Shown here piece by piece: positions 26,946 through 35,374 of a stretch of DNA of 64,000 nt. The stretch is from contig OZ241863.1 in the NCBI GenBank assembly GCA_965203055.1, positions 3,712,001 to 3,776,000 on the forward strand, in the 5' to 3' direction. The position numbers and the translations under genes are program-made. Origin of the DNA: Spirochaetia bacterium (GTDB lineage: Bacteria; Spirochaetota; Spirochaetia; SZUA-6; Bin103). The notes below the pieces were generated by a model. The model was given only the letters and a program-made list of their open reading frames with translations. It did no database searches and was not told the origin of the DNA. Each line of letters begins with the position of its first letter. Within the stretch, counting starts at the first letter, position 1.

Positions 26946-27116
26946 ATGTCGTCCAACAAGAAGCCGCTCAGCGTGCGCTCCACCGTGCCGCGCCCGGCCA
27001 CGCCGCACGCGTGTGATTGGAGTGACGCGGAGCGGCGTCTGCAGTCGGTCTATCCGACGCTCATCGGCGGGCTGCCTGCATCGCAGATCATTGCGGATGG
27101 CCGCGGAGAACGGTGA
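26946..27116 (+). CDS. 56-aa hypothetical protein, possibly an orphan antitoxin
   Basis: TTGACG (26908), N17, TATACC (26931) just upstream; the C-terminus ASQIIADGRGER resembles type II antitoxin tails. Confidence 0.35.
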   Translation: MSSNKKPLSVRSTVPRPATPHACDWSDAERRLQSVYPTLIGGLPASQIIADGRGER

Positions 27117-27126
27117 GTCTCTACTA

Positions 27127-27963
27127 ATGGGTGAGCGGGACGGGGTGCTGGAGGGCAGGGTCGCCTGGGTGACCGGCTCATCGCGCGGGATCGGGCGGGT
27201 GGTCGCCGGCCACTTGGCCGGCCTGGGCGCGCGGGTCGCCGTGCACGGCACCACGCCCACCTCGACCCGCGCCTTCGGCGAGGCCGACTCCCTGCAGGCG
27301 GTGGCCGCCGAGCTGGCGGAGCAGACCGGGGGCGAGGTGTTCGCGGTGCACGGCGACCTGACCGACGAGCCGACCGTCAAGGAGCTGTGCCGCCGCATCC
27401 GCGCCCGGTTCGGGCCGATCGACATTCTCGTCAACAACGCCGGCGGCGACATCGGCTCCCAGGGCACCACCGGGCCGAACGCCGGCAAGCCGGCGGCGAA
27501 CGACGCCGTCGGGGTGTCGCTGGCCGACATCCGCACGGTGCTCGACCGCAACGTCATGACCTGCCTGCTGCCGTGCCGGGAGGTGGCGCCGGAGATGATG
27601 CGGCGCAAATCCGGTTGGATCGTGAACGTCGGCAGCATCGCCGGCCTCCACGGGCACCCCGGAGAGGTGATCTACGGCATGGCCAAGGCCGCGGTCCACC
27701 AGTACACGCGCTGCCTGGCGGCGCAGCTTCGGCCCTACGACGTGCGCGTGAACGCCGTCGCCCCCGGCGAGATCGTTACCCCGCGGTTCCTGGCCAGCCG
27801 GGTGGCGGACGAGTCCCGCAAGGTGGAGGGCGGCACCCTGACCCGCTACGGCCGGCCGCTCGAGGTGGCCCGCGCCGTGGAGTTCCTGGTCACCGGCGGC
27901 GCCTCCTACGTCACCGGGCAGATCCTCCGGGTCGACGGCGGCGCCCAGCTCTGGCCGGCCTGA
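27127..27963 (+). CDS. short-chain dehydrogenase/reductase
   Basis: VTGSSRGIG, ILVNNAG, GSIAG, YGMAK, NAVAPG, YVTGQ.L.VDGG. Confidence 0.93.
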   Translation: MGERDGVLEGRVAWVTGSSRGIGRVVAGHLAGLGARVAVHGTTPTSTRAFGEADSLQAVAAELAEQTGGEVFAVHGDLTDEPTVKELCRRIRARFGPIDILVNNAGGDIGSQGTTGPNAGKPAANDAVGVSLADIRTVLDRNVMTCLLPCREVAPEMMRRKSGWIVNVGSIAGLHGHPGEVIYGMAKAAVHQYTRCLAAQLRPYDVRVNAVAPGEIVTPRFLASRVADESRKVEGGTLTRYGRPLEVARAVEFLVTGGASYVTGQILRVDGGAQLWPA

Positions 27964-30230
27964 CCGCCGCGGCTCCGCCGCTGGCGCGCCGGGTGCTGCT
28001 GGCGGCGGTTCCCGCGGCCGCGGCGCTGGCGTTGCTGGCCGCCCTCTGGCGGGGGGCCGCGGCGGCGCCCGGCGGCGGCCCCCCGCAGCCGACCGCGCTG
28101 CCGTCGCAGGCGGACGACGTGGTCGCCGTCGCGCTGCAGTTCGGCGCTCGCGGCGGCGATGGGCTGGATGCGGCGAACCTGCCGCTCGTCGCCGAGGTGG
28201 ACGCCTACTTCCGCGCCATGGAGGGGCTGCGCGGCTATTCGTCGCCGTTGCGCGCCACCGTGGTGCGGGCGACCGAGTTCGACATCGTGGTGCGCCCGTT
28301 CGTGCCGCCAACGCTGCCGGAGGCGTATGACGCGCGCGCCGCGGCGGCGCTGCGCCGCTCCTACGACCGGTTCCCGGAGATCCATCCCTACTGGAGCGCC
28401 GACTTCAGAAGCGCCGCCTTCTACCTGGAGCTGGGGTCGCGGCTGGCGCCGGCGGTGCTGGTGGAGCAGTTGGAGCGCCTGCAGCGCGCCTTGGCTGATG
28501 AGTATGGCGCGGTCCTGCACTTTACCGGCGCGCGCCCCCTCGCGGAGTCGATCGGCCGCCTGATGGTGCGCGACCTGCGCGCCCTGCTGCCGCTGGTCGG
28601 CGCCGCCACCGCGGCGATCTTCCTGCTCACCTTCGGCGGGCCGCGCAGCGCGCTGGTCGCCCTGGCGGCTACGGCCAGCGCCGCGGCGGCCGGCAACGCC
28701 CTGTTCCTGCTGCTGGCCGGCGCCGGCTCGCCGCTCCTGATCCTGGCGCCGGTGTTCGCCGGCGGCCTGTTCAGCGACTACGCGATCCACATGGGTTACC
28801 ACCTGGGCTGGCGCGGCGACCGGTCGGCGCGCGCGGCGCGCGCCTACCTGCGCCTGCCGCTGGCGCTGACCGCGGCCACCACGGTGATCGGCTTCCTGGC
28901 GCTGGGCGGGGTGGGGAGCAACGTCCACCAGTTCGTGGCGGTGACGGTCAGCGCCGGGGCGCTGGCCGCGCTGGCGCTGGCGCTGTGGTGGATGCCGGCC
29001 GCCGGCCGCCTGCGCGGCGCGCGGCGCCGCGGCGCGGCCGGCGCGGTCGCGCGCCGCCTCCACCGCCTGCTGGTCGGGGTTCTGCTGCTGCTCGCGCGCC
29101 ACCGCCTGCCGGCAACCGCGCTGCTGCTGCTGCCGGTCGCCGCGGCCGTGCCGCAGCTCGGGCGGCTGGCGCCGGAGCCCTATCCGCTGCACCAGCTTCC
29201 GCCGGCCTCGACGATCGTGCAGGCGGAACGCATCTTCAACCGGGAGTTCGCCGGGACGGTGCCGTTCGCCGTCGAGATCGACGCCGGCCGCGCGGACGCC
29301 TTCCTGCAGCCGGCGGCGCTGGGTCACCTTGCGACCGCGCAACGAATGCTGGCCGAGGTGCCGGCGGTGGGCCACCAGCATTCGCTGCTGTCGGTGGTGC
29401 AGCGCATCCACCGCTACTTCAACACCGCGGCGGGCGCCGGGGAGCTGCCCGCGAGCGACGATCCCGAGCGGTTCGCGCGCGCAATCGCGCAATATCTGCT
29501 GTTCTACAGCGCCTCCGCCGACGCCGCCGAATATGCGGCGCTGGCCGACCACCGCCTGGCCGCGGTGCGGTTGCACGGCATCCTGCGCTACCACGACTTC
29601 GCCACCCTCGGCGCCCTGCGGCAAGCGGTGCAGCGCATCCGCGCGCGGTTGCCGGAGGAGTGGCGCATCAGCCTCAGCGGCCCGGCCCGCGAGCTGCTGG
29701 CGCACGGCGAACGGCTGCGCCGCAACTGGCTGCGCGCGGCCGCAGCCAGCGGCGTGTTGATCTTCGGGGCCGTGCTGGCGGTGTTCCGCAACCTGCGGCT
29801 GGCGCTGCTCAGTCTGGTCCCGGCGGGCGCCGTGCTGGTTGCCGTCAGCGGTCTGGCGCCCGCCTTCGGGGTGCGCATCGACGACTACACGGTGATTGCG
29901 CTCGCCGTCACCCTGGGGCTTGCCGTGGACTACACCATCCACGTGCTCAACGCGCTGCGCCATGCCGCGGGCGGCGACGGCCGGCGGCGGCACGGCGCGG
30001 CGGCAGCCAGAATCGGGCAGGCCTCCGCCATCGTGCGCGGCTGCGGGGTGCCCACGTGCATGAGCTTTCTCACCTCGCTGGCGGCGTTCCTGGCGCTGGC
30101 GGTCTCCTCGTTCTCCGGGGCCGTGCACTTCGGTATGATGATTGCAGCCGCAATCCTGGGCGCCCTGCTGTTGAGCCTGTTGCTCGCCGGATGGCACCTC
30201 GCCCGGACGGAGGTGGCATGCGACTCGTAA
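27960..30230 (+). CDS. MMPL/RND-family membrane transporter
   Basis: Two TM bundles with SDYAIH and GLAVDYTIH; LTAATTVIGF; start unclear (CTG at 27960 overlapping the SDR stop, or a downstream GTG). Confidence 0.82.
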   Translation: MTAAAPPLARRVLLAAVPAAAALALLAALWRGAAAAPGGGPPQPTALPSQADDVVAVALQFGARGGDGLDAANLPLVAEVDAYFRAMEGLRGYSSPLRATVVRATEFDIVVRPFVPPTLPEAYDARAAAALRRSYDRFPEIHPYWSADFRSAAFYLELGSRLAPAVLVEQLERLQRALADEYGAVLHFTGARPLAESIGRLMVRDLRALLPLVGAATAAIFLLTFGGPRSALVALAATASAAAAGNALFLLLAGAGSPLLILAPVFAGGLFSDYAIHMGYHLGWRGDRSARAARAYLRLPLALTAATTVIGFLALGGVGSNVHQFVAVTVSAGALAALALALWWMPAAGRLRGARRRGAAGAVARRLHRLLVGVLLLLARHRLPATALLLLPVAAAVPQLGRLAPEPYPLHQLPPASTIVQAERIFNREFAGTVPFAVEIDAGRADAFLQPAALGHLATAQRMLAEVPAVGHQHSLLSVVQRIHRYFNTAAGAGELPASDDPERFARAIAQYLLFYSASADAAEYAALADHRLAAVRLHGILRYHDFATLGALRQAVQRIRARLPEEWRISLSGPARELLAHGERLRRNWLRAAAASGVLIFGAVLAVFRNLRLALLSLVPAGAVLVAVSGLAPAFGVRIDDYTVIALAVTLGLAVDYTIHVLNALRHAAGGDGRRRHGAAAARIGQASAIVRGCGVPTCMSFLTSLAAFLALAVSSFSGAVHFGMMIAAAILGALLLSLLLAGWHLARTEVACDS

Positions 30231-31000
30231 CCGTGGTTCCGATGCTGCTCGCCGCCCTGGCCTGGGCGGCGCCGTCGACCGCCGCCGCCCAGGACGCGGC
30301 GACGATCGCGGCCCGCGCCGACGCGCGCGGCGCGCCCGCCAATCTGAGCGGGTCCCTCACCCTGACCATCACCTCGCCGGACGGCGCGCAGCGCGTGATC
30401 CGCGCGGACGCCTACCAGAAGCGGCGCGGCGCCGAGCGCGAAGACCGGCTGTTCGTGTTTACCTTTCCGCCCAACGTGCGCGGCACGGCGCTGCTGGTCC
30501 ACTCCAACCTCGAACAGGGCGCCGACAGCATGTGGATCTACCTGCCCGCGCTGGAGCGGATCAAACGCGTCGACCTGGACGCCGCCGGGGGCGGCTATTT
30601 CCTCGGCAGCGACTTCACCTTTCGCGATCTGGTGAGCCGCGACCCGGCCGACTACGCGCACGCGCTGCTGCCGGCGGAAGACGCCGCCCACTACCTGATC
30701 GAGCTGCGCGGGCGCACCCCGGAGCTGCAGCGCGCGTTCGGCTACGCGCGCGAGGAGCACGTCATTCGCAAGGACGACTTCCAGCGCCAACGGGTGCGGT
30801 TCTACGACTTGGCCGGCGATCTGTTGAAGGAGCTTGTCGTGGAGGAGACGCACGCCGCGGGCGGCCATGCCTTCCCGTCGCGGGTACGCATGGTCAATCA
30901 TCAGACCGGCCACGTGTCCGAGATCGTATTCGAGGAGCTGTCGTTCTCTGCCGGCATCCCGGACCGGTTGTTTACCCGGCGCTACCTGCGGCAGCGGTAG
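30218..31000 (+). CDS. LolA-like outer-membrane lipoprotein-sorting protein
   Basis: GGAGG + ATG at 30218; signal peptide; F..P.NVRGT.LL, WIYLPAL.RIKR, FLGSDFTF.D, FYD..G.LLK. Confidence 0.85.
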   Translation: MRLVTVVPMLLAALAWAAPSTAAAQDAATIAARADARGAPANLSGSLTLTITSPDGAQRVIRADAYQKRRGAEREDRLFVFTFPPNVRGTALLVHSNLEQGADSMWIYLPALERIKRVDLDAAGGGYFLGSDFTFRDLVSRDPADYAHALLPAEDAAHYLIELRGRTPELQRAFGYAREEHVIRKDDFQRQRVRFYDLAGDLLKELVVEETHAAGGHAFPSRVRMVNHQTGHVSEIVFEELSFSAGIPDRLFTRRYLRQR

Positions 31001-31007
31001 GCGCGGG

Positions 31008-32420
31008 ATGAGACGGCCCGTCAGGCGCGCCCGGCGTTCGGCCGCGCTGCTGGTCCCGGCGGCGCTGGCTGCGCTGGCGGCGGTGCCGGCGGCAGCCGAT
31101 GAGCTGGAGGTAGGCGTGAGCGGCCTGGTGCGGCTCGAGCACTTCTGGCTGGTAGCGGAGGATCGATCCTCCGCCGACGACCGGTCGCGGCTCACCGCGT
31201 TGAACCAGCTCCGGGCCGGCGCCGGCGACGGCTCGTGGACGGCGTTCCTGGAGCTGATCGGGCACCTCCGGGTCGGCCCCGACGGCGCCGCCCTCTCGCC
31301 CGACGAGTTGACCCTGGGCGACGCCGACGATCTGATCCGCCAAGCGTACCTCGCGTTGCGGCTGGGCGCGTTCGACGTCGACCTCGGCAAGAAGTTCGTG
31401 CCCTGGGGCAAGGTGGACTTCGCCAGCCCGCTGGACGTGGTCAACCACTTCAACGGCGACCTGCTGGCGCTGACCGACCCGTTGCACGGCCCGCGCGCCG
31501 ACCCGCTGCTGCGCGTCACCGCCTATCCGAGCGATGACCTGAGCGTGGAGCTGGTCTACGTACCGTTTCTCGCGCCCAACGCGCTGCCCTTCGAGGAGCT
31601 GGACCTCGACTTCCGGCTGGGCGCGCTCGACGTGGACGCCGCGTTGCGCTACCCGGAGGTGGCGCCGTTCGCGGAGTTCGCGCACTCGCTCCACGGCGCG
31701 GTCTCCTGGTCCACCTTCCTGCTCGACCTGCAGGTGAGCTACTCCTGGTTCCGCGACCAGATGCCCGACCTCGATCTGAGCCGGCTGCAGGAGCGGATCG
31801 GAGCGCGGCACGAGATCGAGGGCGTGGTGGTCCCCGCATACCACCGCGCCCACAACGTCGGCCTCGGCGCCAGCCTGGCCCTCGGCGGCTGGGTGATCTC
31901 GGCCGACGCCGGCGCCAAGTTCCTCGAACAGAACCTCTACGGAACCCGCATCGACCTCAAGAACCCGGAGATCCGCTCCGCGCTGCAGGTCGACCGGCTG
32001 TTCGCGCTCGGGCCGCAACCGTTCACCGCCACCGCCGGCGCAGTCCACCGCCTGGTGCTCTACGACCGGAGCGCCTGGCAGTCGCCCTACGGCGAATTCC
32101 TCACCAACTTCATCGGCATCGAGGCCGACCGCCGCCTGCACCTCCAGCACGAACCGTCGACCTGGTACCTGTTGAGCCGCCTGCAGACCAGCTTCCTGCG
32201 CGAACGACTCAGCGCCGAAGCGACCGCGGTGTGGGGCGTCACCGAGCAGGCGCTGCATCTGGCGCCGCGGCTGAGCTACGCGATCAGCGACGCCTGGTCG
32301 GTGGCCGGCGGCGCCAACCTGTGGCTGATGCTCGACGGCCCCGACAGCGCCAGGACGGGACTGCTGCGCCGGGACGACGCCAAAGACAACCTGTTCTTCC
32401 GCACCACGCTACGCTACTGA
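31008..32420 (+). CDS. outer-membrane beta-barrel protein (DUF1302-like)
   Basis: Signal peptide; RQAYL..LG.FD..LGKK.VPWG..D..SPLD; amphipathic strands; C-terminal DNLFFRTTLRY. Confidence 0.7.
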   Translation: MRRPVRRARRSAALLVPAALAALAAVPAAADELEVGVSGLVRLEHFWLVAEDRSSADDRSRLTALNQLRAGAGDGSWTAFLELIGHLRVGPDGAALSPDELTLGDADDLIRQAYLALRLGAFDVDLGKKFVPWGKVDFASPLDVVNHFNGDLLALTDPLHGPRADPLLRVTAYPSDDLSVELVYVPFLAPNALPFEELDLDFRLGALDVDAALRYPEVAPFAEFAHSLHGAVSWSTFLLDLQVSYSWFRDQMPDLDLSRLQERIGARHEIEGVVVPAYHRAHNVGLGASLALGGWVISADAGAKFLEQNLYGTRIDLKNPEIRSALQVDRLFALGPQPFTATAGAVHRLVLYDRSAWQSPYGEFLTNFIGIEADRRLHLQHEPSTWYLLSRLQTSFLRERLSAEATAVWGVTEQALHLAPRLSYAISDAWSVAGGANLWLMLDGPDSARTGLLRRDDAKDNLFFRTTLRY

Positions 32421-32425
32421 CGCCG

Positions 32426-32977
32426 CTAACTCGCCGCCTCCTGCTTCATAAGCGTGAGCTGCTCTGCGGCCGTCTTCGTTGCCATAATGGCCATGAGGGC
32501 GAAGCCGCTGACCTTGAGTTCGTTATCCATCAGTTCGTACTTCAGGGTCTGAGGAGCCGCCAACAGCGTCGGTCTGAGGGCTTCAGGAACGGTGTCTTCC
32601 GGGACTATACTGGCGATGGTAACGGCGATCTCCGCTTCGCTCACCTTGATGCTCCCGGTCACGTCGATCGGCGGCTGCGCCGGCGCTGATTCCGGCGCGG
32701 TGGTGGTTACCTTGAGCGAAACGGTATCCTTGTTCGAGCCGGTGCCCTTCGCGATAGTTGCCGTGACGGTCCTCGTCACCGGAATCTCCTGCGCCGGAGT
32801 CTCTCCAGCCGCCGGAATAGAGACCGTCCCGGCTATCTCACCCGACATCCAGGTGCCCACCAGCGGCGTCACGTAATCTTTCGTCGTCGTCGTTCCTGCT
32901 GCGCCGCCGCAGCCGGCCAACACCGCTATGGCGGCGAGCGCGACCACCCCGCCGAGTGAAACGAATCTGCATTTCAT
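32426..32977 (-). CDS. lipoprotein, lipocalin-like beta fold
   Basis: GGAGG RBS; LAGC lipobox; LVGTW motif. Confidence 0.7.
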   Translation of the reverse strand: MKCRFVSLGGVVALAAIAVLAGCGGAAGTTTTKDYVTPLVGTWMSGEIAGTVSIPAAGETPAQEIPVTRTVTATIAKGTGSNKDTVSLKVTTTAPESAPAQPPIDVTGSIKVSEAEIAVTIASIVPEDTVPEALRPTLLAAPQTLKYELMDNELKVSGFALMAIMATKTAAEQLTLMKQEAAS

Positions 32978-33062
32978 TCCGATTCCTCCCCGCGTGGGCG
33001 CATTCGGTGCGCCCACGTACCCTTGAGCATGCGACGGCCCGGGCGGCCCGTCAAGCTGCGCG

Positions 33063-33191
33063 CTACGCGAGCAGTTCGTCGGCGGTATGGAGGAGCTTGA
33101 GCGCTTCCAGGTTGTCGCCTTCGATCAGCAGGTTCCGCGTCGATTCCCAGGCGACGCTCTCCTCGGGGTCTCCAGCGGTGATTCGCTTCAT
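33063..33191 (-). pseudogene. 42-aa remnant of a type III R-M Mod methyltransferase N-terminus
   Basis: MKRITAGDPEESVAWESTRNLLIEGDNLEALKLLHTADELLA*; the EES..W..T.NL.IEGDNL..LKLL motif is typical of Mod; not in the ORF track. Confidence 0.7.
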
Positions 33192-33210
33192 GTCATTGCT
33201 CCGAACAGAG

Positions 33211-33238
33211 GAGGGCCGGCCGCGGTGGGCCGGCCCTC
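33211..33238 (-). terminator. hairpin terminator after the binding-protein gene
   Basis: 11-bp stem GAGGGCCGGCC / GGCCGGCCCTC with a 6-nt loop. Confidence 0.65.
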
Positions 33239-33270
33239 TCGAATAGCGGTGGGATCTGCGGGAAGGAGAT

Positions 33271-35301
33271 CTACTCGCGGTCGAACCAGAGCTGGTCGGC
33301 CCAGTACATCAGGTTGCCCTTCCAGTCGGTGTTGGAGACCGGAAACTCGGTCGGGACGTTGCGCAGGTCGTTGCTGGTGAGCAGCACCGCCGGCGCCTCG
33401 CCGACGGTACCGATGGCAAACACGTTGTCACCGGTCCAGTCGTACATGCGCTGGGCCAGCTCGAACCACTCTTGGGAACCGAACTCGGAGAGGCGGAACT
33501 GGCGCTGCCACTCGAAGTAGCGCTGCCACTCCTCCGGCGGCTCGGTGCCGGGCAATTCGCCGCCGTAATCCTCCAGCCGGCGCTCGCCGCGCTCCACCGC
33601 CACGCGCGCCGTCTCCCAGATGTCGTAGCTGCCGGCCATGTTGAAGTCGCCGTGCAGGCCGACGCCGCCGGAACCGGCGCCGTCGTTGATCCAGTTCCAG
33701 AACTCGGTAATGGCGTCGATGATTCCCGGCTGCAGCATGAACTCGTCCTGATCCCGATTCTCGCCCCAGGCGGCGTTGTCCACCAGGCGCGGCACCACGC
33801 GCAGATCGACCTCCGCCCATTGCGCGATCTCGATCTCGAACAGCTTGCTGATGTCCACCGAACCGCCGGTGCGGGCGGCGACCTGGATGGTCAGGTTGGA
33901 GCCGTCCGGGAAGGTGCGAAAGCCGTCGCGGTCGCGCCCGTCGAGCCCGATCTCGTCGAGCAGCCGGCCCGCCAGCTCGGGATCGTAGGTCGCCCACAGG
34001 GTCTGCCACTCCGGCTTGTAGAAGCGCGCCCCGGAATGGATCGTGGCCGCGGTCGGGCGGCCCAGGCCGAGGAAGTACACTTCGTTCAACTCGTCGCGGT
34101 CCAGCGCCACCGACATGGCGCGCCGGAAGCGCACGTCCCGGAACAGGTCGCGGTACTTCTCGTCCTTGTAGGTGGGGTTGAAGCCGAAGGCGCGCCCCAC
34201 GTCGATGCCCGGAATCAGGGTGATCTTGTAGTTGCCGCGCTCCTCGTTCTCCTTGTAGTCGGGCAATGACGCGAAGTTGGTCTGCGCGATGGCCCAGTCC
34301 ACCTCGCCGGCGATTGCCTTGAGGTTGAACACCTCCACGTCAGCGTTGGGCGTGGACAGCACGCGGTCGATGTAGGGAAGCTGCTGCCCGGCCGGATCGA
34401 CCTTCCAGAAGTAGGGGTTGCGCTCCCACACTTCGGCCTGCGCGCTGATCTCCTTGGGCGCCCACGGGAACATGGTCGGCGTCTCCAGCAGACCCACGCC
34501 CACCGTGATGTCCCAGTGCGCGATCAACGCTTCCCCCCAGGTTTCGAAGCCTTCTTCTTCGGCCAGCTTCTGGGCGTCCTTGTTGTAGCGGATGTGCCAC
34601 CGCTTGAGGAACGAACTCGGCGCGTACTGCACGTAGTTGCCGCCCTTCCAGGTGGTCCAGCCGGGGATGATGACGTGGTCCTCGGCGGAAAGGTGGAACT
34701 GCATCGTGTAGTCGTCGATCTTGGAGATCCGCGTGGCGGTGGGCGGCGTCTCGTTGGGGCGCCAGCCGGGATCGACGCGGTCGTCCCACTTCAGGTCCTC
34801 CATCACGAACTTGATGTCGTCCACCACGAACGGGTCGCCGTTGGACCACCTGGTGCCCGGCCGCAACTCCAGGGTGACGGTCAGGCCGTCCGCCGACACG
34901 TCGTATCCCTTGGCGATGTTGGGCAGGATTTCGCGCGTCTCCTGGTGCATCTTCAGCAGGTAGATGTCCACTTCCTGGTTGGTCATCTCATGCCCGCGCC
35001 GATTCATGGCGCCGGTGGCATCCGACACCCGCAAGGTGCCGCCATACTTGCCGACGCCGTCGGCGAGCATCTCCTGCACCACCGGTTCGACGGCGATGCG
35101 CTCCTCCAGCGGCGGCAGCTCGCCGGCCGCCACCATGGCCGCCAGCATCGGCGCCTCGCTGAACTGGCCGCTGGCCGCGGTCATGGCGGTCGCGGCGCTG
35201 CCGCCCTGCTCGTCGGCTTCGCCGCCGGCCAGCACCAGGGCCGGCCCCCCCCCTAGCGCCAAACCAAACGCCAGCAATCGCTTCACTACGGTATGCATCA
35301 C
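33271..35301 (-). CDS. family 5 ABC substrate-binding protein (stand-alone)
   Basis: GGAGG RBS; EAPML..V.AGELPP.EER, GKYGG.L, RNPYFWKVD..GQQLPYID, FRRAMSVALDR. Confidence 0.92.
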   Translation of the reverse strand: MMHTVVKRLLAFGLALGGGPALVLAGGEADEQGGSAATAMTAASGQFSEAPMLAAMVAAGELPPLEERIAVEPVVQEMLADGVGKYGGTLRVSDATGAMNRRGHEMTNQEVDIYLLKMHQETREILPNIAKGYDVSADGLTVTLELRPGTRWSNGDPFVVDDIKFVMEDLKWDDRVDPGWRPNETPPTATRISKIDDYTMQFHLSAEDHVIIPGWTTWKGGNYVQYAPSSFLKRWHIRYNKDAQKLAEEEGFETWGEALIAHWDITVGVGLLETPTMFPWAPKEISAQAEVWERNPYFWKVDPAGQQLPYIDRVLSTPNADVEVFNLKAIAGEVDWAIAQTNFASLPDYKENEERGNYKITLIPGIDVGRAFGFNPTYKDEKYRDLFRDVRFRRAMSVALDRDELNEVYFLGLGRPTAATIHSGARFYKPEWQTLWATYDPELAGRLLDEIGLDGRDRDGFRTFPDGSNLTIQVAARTGGSVDISKLFEIEIAQWAEVDLRVVPRLVDNAAWGENRDQDEFMLQPGIIDAITEFWNWINDGAGSGGVGLHGDFNMAGSYDIWETARVAVERGERRLEDYGGELPGTEPPEEWQRYFEWQRQFRLSEFGSQEWFELAQRMYDWTGDNVFAIGTVGEAPAVLLTSNDLRNVPTEFPVSNTDWKGNLMYWADQLWFDRE

Positions 35302-35374
35302 TGCACCTCCTCCTCGGCTGGTTTCCCCCTGTTATCGGGTAAGCGTGACAGGCTACGATACCGATGGTTCAGAG

